A stretch of 64,000 bases of DNA from NCBI GenBank assembly GCA_029982755.1, contig JARRBR010000001.1, positions 17,093 through 81,092 on the forward strand, in the 5' to 3' direction. Positions 54,362 through 64,000 of this stretch are shown here, one piece after another (position 1 is the first letter of the stretch; each line of letters begins with the position of its first letter). Position numbers and translations under genes: made by a program. The DNA is from Rhodocyclaceae bacterium (GTDB taxonomy: Bacteria > Pseudomonadota > Gammaproteobacteria > Burkholderiales > Rhodocyclaceae). Below the pieces are notes generated by a model. That model was not told where the DNA came from. It did not search any database and saw only the letters and a program-made list of their open reading frames with translations.

Positions 54362-54389
54362 TTGCAAAAGGTCGCTCGTCGATTATTCT
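54362..54389 (+). promoter_or_regulatory. Sigma70-like promoter TTGCAA-16-TATTCT for the small hypothetical gene
   Basis: Lies in an AT-rich intergenic region; the -35 sits within the inverted repeat GACCTT-gcaa-AAGGTC. Confidence 0.45.
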
Positions 54390-54439
54390 TAGATGAGTCG
54401 TGAAGCCGCAAAGACGGCACAACCTTGGAGGAGTACGGC

Positions 54440-54703
54440 ATGCTATCCATTCGTGACTGCCTGGACTACTGCGACCTCACCGAGGACGAGGTTTCGCTGA
54501 TTGCCGAGCATGAAGACATTCCCGACGCCGCCGCAGCACAGGTTTGTTGCGGCCTCGTGCAGACGCCGGAGGGCGTCATGGTCCTGACCAACTTCATGCT
54601 CGAGTTGATCGAGCGCGCGAGTGCGCGTGGGGACATCGGGAAAGCGGAGCGGGCAGCGTCCGTATGCGCGAGGTTCATGAAGGATCATCCGCTCCCGCAT
54701 TGA
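54440..54703 (+). CDS. Small Cys-containing hypothetical protein
   Basis: MLSIRDCLDYCDLTEDEVSLIAEHE...; strong GGAGGAG RBS. Confidence 0.7.
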   Translation: MLSIRDCLDYCDLTEDEVSLIAEHEDIPDAAAAQVCCGLVQTPEGVMVLTNFMLELIERASARGDIGKAERAASVCARFMKDHPLPH

Positions 54704-56111
54704 GGCTCTCCTCGCCCGGCGTGCTTTTCTTCGTCGGGTCTTGACGCGAGGCCGGCCCGCCTGATGGGTTCTGCCTCGCGTTTTGTTGAGAGGCTTGCCG
54801 GTCGCGCTGCTGCGCGTTGCGATCGAGCATGCGCAGGTGCGCGAGTTTTTCGGCGATCTTGCCCTCCATGCCGCGCGGTGTCGGCTGGTACCAGCCCGGC
54901 GGCTGCACGCCCTCCGGGAGGTAGTTCTCGCCGGCGGCGTAGGCCTCGGGCTCGTCGTGCGCGTAGCGGTACGCCTTGCCGTAATCCAGTGCCTTCATGA
55001 GCTTGGTCGGTGCGTTGCGCAGATGCAGCGGCACCGGCCGCGAGCCGTCGCCGGCCACGAAGGCGCGCGCGGCGTTGTAGGCCTTGTAGGCCGCGTTCGA
55101 TTTCGCGGCGCAGGCGAGGAAGATCGTGACCTGGGCGAGGGCCAGTTCGCCCTCCGGCGAACCCAGCCGTTCGTAAGTCGCGCACGCATTGAGCGCCATG
55201 TCGAGCGCACGCGGATCGGCGAGACCGATGTCCTCCACCGCCATGCGCACCAGGCGGCGGCCGAGATAGAGGGGATCGGCGCCGCCGTCGAGCATGCGGC
55301 ACAGCCAGTACAGCGACGCATCCGGGTCCGATCCCCGCACCGACTTGTGCAGGGCCGAGATCTGGTCGTAGAAGGCTTCGCCGCCCTTGTCGAAGCGGCG
55401 CAGGTTGCGCGACAGGGCCTGATCGACGAAGGCGGCGGTGACCGGACTCACGTTCGCGGTCTCGGCGGCCACCTGCACCTGCTCGATCAGGTTCATCAAG
55501 CGGCGCGCGTCGCCGTCGGCGAAGCCGATCAGGCGCTCGCGGGCGTCGGCCTCGAAGCCGAGCTCGGGGCAGGCGATCGCATGCGCGCGCTCGAACAGCT
55601 GCGCCATCGCCGCGGCATCGAGCGACTCCAGCACATACACCGCGGCACGCGACAGCAGCGCGGAATTGACCTCGAAGGACGGGTTCTCGGTAGTCGCCCC
55701 GATGAAGGTCACCAGGCCCTGCTCGACATAGGGCAGGAAGGCATCCTGCTGCGCCTTGTTGAAGCGATGCACCTCGTCGACGAACAGGATCGTATGCCGC
55801 CCGCGCGCCTTGGCCACCTGCGCCTGCTGGATCGCCTCGCGGATCTCCTTGACGCCGGAGAACACCGCAGACAGCGCGATGAAGTCGGCGTCGAAGCCGC
55901 GCGCCATCAGCCGCGCGAGCGTGGTCTTGCCGACGCCCGGCGGTCCCCACAGGATCATCGAGTGCGGCCGGCGCGACTCGAAGGCCAGGCGCAGCGGCTT
56001 GCCCGGCCCGAGCAGATGGGCCTGGCCGGCGACCTCGTCCAGCGTCTTCGGCCGCATGCGCTCGGCGAGCGGGACCTGCGGCGGATCGAGGGCCTCGAAA
56101 AGGTCGCTCAT
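54675..56111 (-). CDS. rarA: Replication-associated recombination protein A
   Basis: PLAERMRP, GPPGVGKTT, DEVHRFNKAQQD and GATTENPSF. Confidence 0.95.
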   Translation of the reverse strand: MSDLFEALDPPQVPLAERMRPKTLDEVAGQAHLLGPGKPLRLAFESRRPHSMILWGPPGVGKTTLARLMARGFDADFIALSAVFSGVKEIREAIQQAQVAKARGRHTILFVDEVHRFNKAQQDAFLPYVEQGLVTFIGATTENPSFEVNSALLSRAAVYVLESLDAAAMAQLFERAHAIACPELGFEADARERLIGFADGDARRLMNLIEQVQVAAETANVSPVTAAFVDQALSRNLRRFDKGGEAFYDQISALHKSVRGSDPDASLYWLCRMLDGGADPLYLGRRLVRMAVEDIGLADPRALDMALNACATYERLGSPEGELALAQVTIFLACAAKSNAAYKAYNAARAFVAGDGSRPVPLHLRNAPTKLMKALDYGKAYRYAHDEPEAYAAGENYLPEGVQPPGWYQPTPRGMEGKIAEKLAHLRMLDRNAQQRDRQASQQNARQNPSGGPASRQDPTKKSTPGEESLNAGADDPS

Positions 56112-56123
56112 GCGGACGGCGGC

Positions 56124-56782
56124 TCAGCGCGTGATGCCGGGCACGTCGCCGATGATGTCGGCACCGGCCGGCGGCTTGAAGCTGAAGCGCTCGGCGGCGA
56201 GCGCCGGATTGGCGCGCAGGCGGGTGAAGCGGATGACGGTCGTCTGGCCGAAATGGTCGCGCATCTCCATGCGCCGCAGCTGGCCATCGGCCAGGCCGAT
56301 GCGCAGCGACTCGAAGCCGCTCTCGGTCTGCTTCGGGCGGGCTTCCGCCCAGGCCAGGCCGTCGTGCTCGCCACCGTCGGCGAGTTCGAAGCTGTCGTCG
56401 AGCGCGCCGCTGCCGAACAGGATCGCCGCCGGCGTGGCCCCGAGCGCGTCGCCGATCTCGCGCACCGTGACCTGGTTCAGGTCCGGATCCCAGGACCACA
56501 GCACCTTGCCGTCACCGACCAGTTCCTGCCGGTAGGGACGATCGTAGGTCCAGTGGAAGCGTCCCGGACGCGCGTAGGCGAAGCTGCCGGACGCCTCCTG
56601 CGGGCGGCGCCCCGACTGCGCGGTGACCACCTGCTCGAATTCGCCCTCGGCGCTGCGCGCGCCATCGACGAAGGCACGCAGCTGCGCGACGCCATCGGCG
56701 GCGACCGCCGTCAGCGCCGCCGCGGCCAGCGCGATCCCTGCCAGCCCGCGCATCAGCACGGGCGCTGCTCTGCTGACCAGGC

Positions 56783-56786
<4 letters not shown>
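56124..56786 (-). CDS. lolA: Outer-membrane lipoprotein carrier
   Basis: Signal peptide; RPGRFHW..P and F.PPAGADI; ftsK-lolA-rarA synteny. Confidence 0.92.
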
Positions 56787-59074
<2,288 letters not shown>

Positions 59075-59221
59075 TGCGTTGCGACCAGGCGGCCAGAGTG
59101 AAACAACCGCCGGATTATACGGGATCGGCCGCATTGACCGCGGCCGATGTTGCGCCTGCTCACAAAGCCGTCATGCGCCGCAACCTGTGGCGCAGGCAAG
59201 GCGCCCGCGCCCGCAAGGCGC

Positions 59222-59893
59222 TCACACCTCGCTGAGCCGCTCGCGCAGCACGATGCCGTCGGCACGCTCCTCGATGAGCCCCTGCTGGCCGAGGTCCTTC
59301 ATGACGCGGCTGACCATCTCGCGCGAGGCGCCGATCATCTTGGCGATGTCCTGCTTGGAGATCTTGCGCACCACCACCGCCTCGCCGCCGACGTCCTCGG
59401 ACATCTCGATCAGCAGGCGCGCGACCCGGCCATAGACGTCCATCAGCGCGAGGCTCTCGATCTTGCGGTCCGCGTTGCGCAGGCGCTCGGCGAGGTTGCA
59501 CATGATGCGCCACGACACGTCGAAGCTGTCGTGCATGATGCGGCGGAAATCCTGCTTGGAGATCAGCACCAGGTCGGCCGGCACCACCGCGATCACCGAT
59601 GCCGAGCGCGGCCGCTCCTCGAACATGCCCATCTCCCCGAACAGCTCGCCCTGGCCGAGGATGGACAGGATCACCTCGCGCCCATCCTCGTCGCTGACGA
59701 CGACCTTCAGGCTGCCGGTCAGCACGAGATAGACATAGTCGGGCCGGTCGCCCGCACACACCACGGATTGACCGCGCGGGAACCTGCGCATCATCGACAC
59801 CCGGGCGATATTGCCCAAGGCCTCGTCCGACAGGCCGTGGAACAGCGAAAACGTCTTCAGGGCGACGACGGAAACGGCGGTGGTCTGAGACAT
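59222..59893 (-). CDS. Crp-type cyclic-nucleotide-binding regulator
   Basis: FGEMG...RSASV cNMP pocket; HTH IGASREMVSR similar to CRP SRETVGR. Confidence 0.9.
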   Translation of the reverse strand: MSQTTAVSVVALKTFSLFHGLSDEALGNIARVSMMRRFPRGQSVVCAGDRPDYVYLVLTGSLKVVVSDEDGREVILSILGQGELFGEMGMFEERPRSASVIAVVPADLVLISKQDFRRIMHDSFDVSWRIMCNLAERLRNADRKIESLALMDVYGRVARLLIEMSEDVGGEAVVVRKISKQDIAKMIGASREMVSRVMKDLGQQGLIEERADGIVLRERLSEV

Positions 59894-59937
59894 GCACACT
59901 CCGGCAAACACGAAGAAAGCGGTTGATGAGTCGATAA

Positions 59938-61065
<1,128 letters not shown>

Positions 61066-61073
61066 GCATCACG

Positions 61074-62162
61074 ATGGCGCGCCGCACGGCCAAGCCATCT
61101 GCCGCCCACTCCGCACGAGGCGGTGCCCAGGTGGCGAGCAAGGCCCCGGCAAACAGCCCGTTCGCCGGCCTGCGCGCCCGCTTGCACGGCGCACAGCACC
61201 AGGCGCCGGCCACGCCCGCGCCGGTAAAGCGCATACGCCACCAACTCGAGGAAGACGCACCGAGCGCCGCCGAGGCCCCCACCGAAGCTGCGCTCGACGC
61301 CGCCGATCTCGAGCTGTTCCGCAAGGCGGCCGGCGCCGTGCTGCCGGTGCGCGGCGGCGGCCGGGTCGAGATCGAGCGTCCGCGTCCCGCGCCCCAGCCG
61401 CGCGCGGCACATGTCGACGATGAAGCCGTCGAGCCGGCGCGACCGCTGCGAAGCGAATCCGACCCGCTGCGCCTCGCCTACGAAGGCGTGATGCCGCTGC
61501 GCGACAGCGGCCGCGTCGAACTGGACACCGCTCTCCGCCATGCCGTCCGTCAGCCCGGCTCCGCACGCCATGCGCCCGTCCAGCGTCCGGACGCGATCGT
61601 GCTGCCGCCGGACGCGGATCTCGCCGATCCGTCGGCGCTGTTCCGCAGCGTGATCGGCGATGCGCGACCGGTCGGCGACCGCAACCGGGTGGAGCTGGAG
61701 CGCCCGCCGCCGCTGCCGGCGCCGATCAAGCGCGAGGCCGACGAGCGTGCGGCCCTGGACGAATCCCTGGCGGCACCGCTGACCTTCGAGGACCGCCTCG
61801 ACATGGGCGAGGAAGCGGCCTTCCTGCGCCCGGGCCTGCCGCGCCGGGTGCTGACCGACCTGCGCCGCGGGCGGTGGGTACTGCAGGGGCAGATCGACCT
61901 TCACGGCCTCACCCGCGACGAGGCGCGGGCAGCGCTGGCGCAGTTCCTGCACGACGCGCTTGCCCAGGGCAAGCGCTGCATCCGCGTGATCCACGGCAAG
62001 GGGCACGGCTCGCCGGGCAAGGTCTCGATCCTGAAGCAGCTGTCGCGCGGCTGGCTCGCCCAGCGCGAGGAGATCCTGTGCTTCTGCCAGGCCGGTCCGC
62101 ACCACGGCGGCGGCGGCGCACTGCTGGTGCTGCTGCGCGCGCAGAACGCCGCGCAACGCTGA
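61074..62162 (+). CDS. Smr domain protein with an extended, repeated N-terminus
   Basis: C-terminal IDLHG...VIHGKG...GGGGALLVLL. Confidence 0.88.
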   Translation: MARRTAKPSAAHSARGGAQVASKAPANSPFAGLRARLHGAQHQAPATPAPVKRIRHQLEEDAPSAAEAPTEAALDAADLELFRKAAGAVLPVRGGGRVEIERPRPAPQPRAAHVDDEAVEPARPLRSESDPLRLAYEGVMPLRDSGRVELDTALRHAVRQPGSARHAPVQRPDAIVLPPDADLADPSALFRSVIGDARPVGDRNRVELERPPPLPAPIKREADERAALDESLAAPLTFEDRLDMGEEAAFLRPGLPRRVLTDLRRGRWVLQGQIDLHGLTRDEARAALAQFLHDALAQGKRCIRVIHGKGHGSPGKVSILKQLSRGWLAQREEILCFCQAGPHHGGGGALLVLLRAQNAAQR

Positions 62163-62210
62163 GCATGGATCCCGGGCGCCGGCAGGCACGGCGCCGGGAT
62201 GCGAAAAGCT

Positions 62211-62567
<357 letters not shown>

Positions 62568-64000
62568 TCAGAACTCGTCCTGGTAACGGGATGTTATCGG
62601 ATAACGCCAGTCCCTGCCGAAGCCGCGCTGCGTCACCCGGATGCCGACCGGCGCCTGGCGGCGCTTGTACTCGTTGCGCTTGAGCAGGCTCACCGTACGC
62701 CGCACCTCGGCCTCGGGGAAGCCCGCGGCGATGATCTCGCGCGGCGACTGGTCGCGCTCCATGTAGGCCTCGATGATGGCGTCGAGCATGTCGTAGGGCG
62801 GCAGGCTGTCCTGGTCCTTCTGGTCGGGCTTGAGCTCGGCCGAGGGCGGGCGGTCGATGATGTTCTGCGGGATCACCGGGCTCACCGTGTTGCGCCAGTT
62901 GGACAGGCGGAACACCAGGGTCTTGTAGAGGTCCTTGAGCACGGCGAAGCCGCCGGCCATGTCGCCGTAGAGCGTGGCATAGCCGGTCGCCATCTCGCTC
63001 TTGTTGCCGGTGGTGAGCACGATCGCGCCGGTCTTGTTCGACAGCGCCATCAGGATCATGCCGCGGATGCGCGCCTGCAGGTTCTCCTCGGTGGTGTCGG
63101 CGGGCAGCCCTGCGAACTGGGGCGCGAGCAGCTCGGCGAACACCTTCATCGCCGGCTCGATCGGGATCTCGTCGTAGCGCACGCCGAGGCGACGCACCAT
63201 CTCGCGCGAATCGTCCAGGCTCATCTGCGCCGTATACGGCGAAGGCATCATCACCGCGCGCACCCGGTCGGCGCCGAGGGCGTCCACCGCGATCGCCAGC
63301 GTCAGCGCCGAATCGATGCCGCCCGACAGGCCGATGATCGCGCCGGGGAACCGGTTCTTGCCCAGGTAGTCGCGCACCCCGACGCGCAGCGCCTCGTAGG
63401 CCTCGGCCTCCAGCGCGCGTGGCTCGGCAAGATCGCCGCCCAGCCAGGTGCCGGCCTCGTAGCGCAGCAGCTCGACGCGCTCCACGAAGCTTTCGGCCTG
63501 GTAGCACAGCGCGCCCTCGCGATCGAGGGCGAAGGATGCACCGTCGAACACCAGCTCGTCCTGGCCACCGACCATGTTGCAGTACAGCACCGGCAGCCCC
63601 GTCTCGCGTACCCGGTCGCGCAGCACCTGCAGGCGCTGCACCTGCTTGTTCATGTGATAGGGCGAGGCGTTGAGCGCCAGCAGCACCTGCGCGCCGGCCG
63701 CCAGCGCGGCAGCGGCGGGCGCGGCCTCCCAGACGTCCGCACAGATGTTGACGCCGAAGCGCACGCCCCTGCACTCGAATACGCAGGCTGCGTTCCCGGC
63801 CTCGAAGTAGCGCTCCTCGTCGAACACCTCGTAGTTCGGCAGCAGGCTCTTGTGATAGCGGGCGATGACCTTGCCGTCGCGCAGCACCGAGGCGGCGTTG
63901 TAGCGTTCGTAGCCATCCTCGGCGGGGTGGCCGAGGACCACGACGATGCCCCGTGCCGCTGCGGCGATGCGCGCGGTCTCGCGGCCGCAGGCGCGATAGA
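62568..64000 (-). CDS. nadE: Glutamine-dependent NAD+ synthetase (5' end beyond the window)
   Basis: Nitrilase-like domain (LPNYEVFDE, NASPY) plus GLSGGIDS, TGNKSE and PSAEL. Confidence 0.95.
   Translation of the reverse strand, partial: YRACGRETARIAAAARGIVVVLGHPAEDGYERYNAASVLRDGKVIARYHKSLLPNYEVFDEERYFEAGNAACVFECRGVRFGVNICADVWEAAPAAAALAAGAQVLLALNASPYHMNKQVQRLQVLRDRVRETGLPVLYCNMVGGQDELVFDGASFALDREGALCYQAESFVERVELLRYEAGTWLGGDLAEPRALEAEAYEALRVGVRDYLGKNRFPGAIIGLSGGIDSALTLAIAVDALGADRVRAVMMPSPYTAQMSLDDSREMVRRLGVRYDEIPIEPAMKVFAELLAPQFAGLPADTTEENLQARIRGMILMALSNKTGAIVLTTGNKSEMATGYATLYGDMAGGFAVLKDLYKTLVFRLSNWRNTVSPVIPQNIIDRPPSAELKPDQKDQDSLPPYDMLDAIIEAYMERDQSPREIIAAGFPEAEVRRTVSLLKRNEYKRRQAPVGIRVTQRGFGRDWRYPITSRYQDEF

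Noticed and set aside
54395-54425. GCCGCAAAGACGGC hairpin as a possible c-di-GMP riboswitch
   Set aside because: Only a short hairpin; the two-stem GEMM architecture is not evident.

Overview
GC-rich betaproteobacterial chromosome segment; gene content and order suggest Rhodocyclales, probably Thauera/Azoarcus-like (inference). It is mostly housekeeping genes: lysC (partial), queD, purN, rsmB-like, rlhA, sstT, queG/tsaE/amiC, ribF-ileS-lspA-fkpB-ispH, xseB-ispA-dxs-folE2, tRNA-Ser plus 2x tRNA-Arg, an RND pump, mltF, serS, ftsK-lolA-rarA, crp, trxB, smr, glnB and nadE (partial). I saw no integrase, transposase, prophage or CRISPR array. The best candidate for an undescribed system is a stand-alone nirS (cytochrome cd1 nitrite reductase) lacking heme-d1 genes. 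It is followed directly by a Dnr-type Crp/Fnr regulator fused to two tandem cytoplasmic NarX/PilJ-like (P-box) modules, a possible one-component nitrate/nitrite sensor. It is preceded by two FNR boxes, one of them at the centre of a perfect 44-bp palindrome, and an orphan norEF-like pair lies nearby. Other signals: a perfect CRP box at about -61.5 of an orphan gene, a 21-bp motif shared by the AhpD/CMD gene and the RND operon, a PlcP/Agt-like pair with Pho-box-like repeats, an RsaL-like regulator with a palindromic operator, a doubly broken MFS-amidohydrolase operon, and an Smr protein with a triplicated N-terminal motif. All calls are by eye; no database searches were run.
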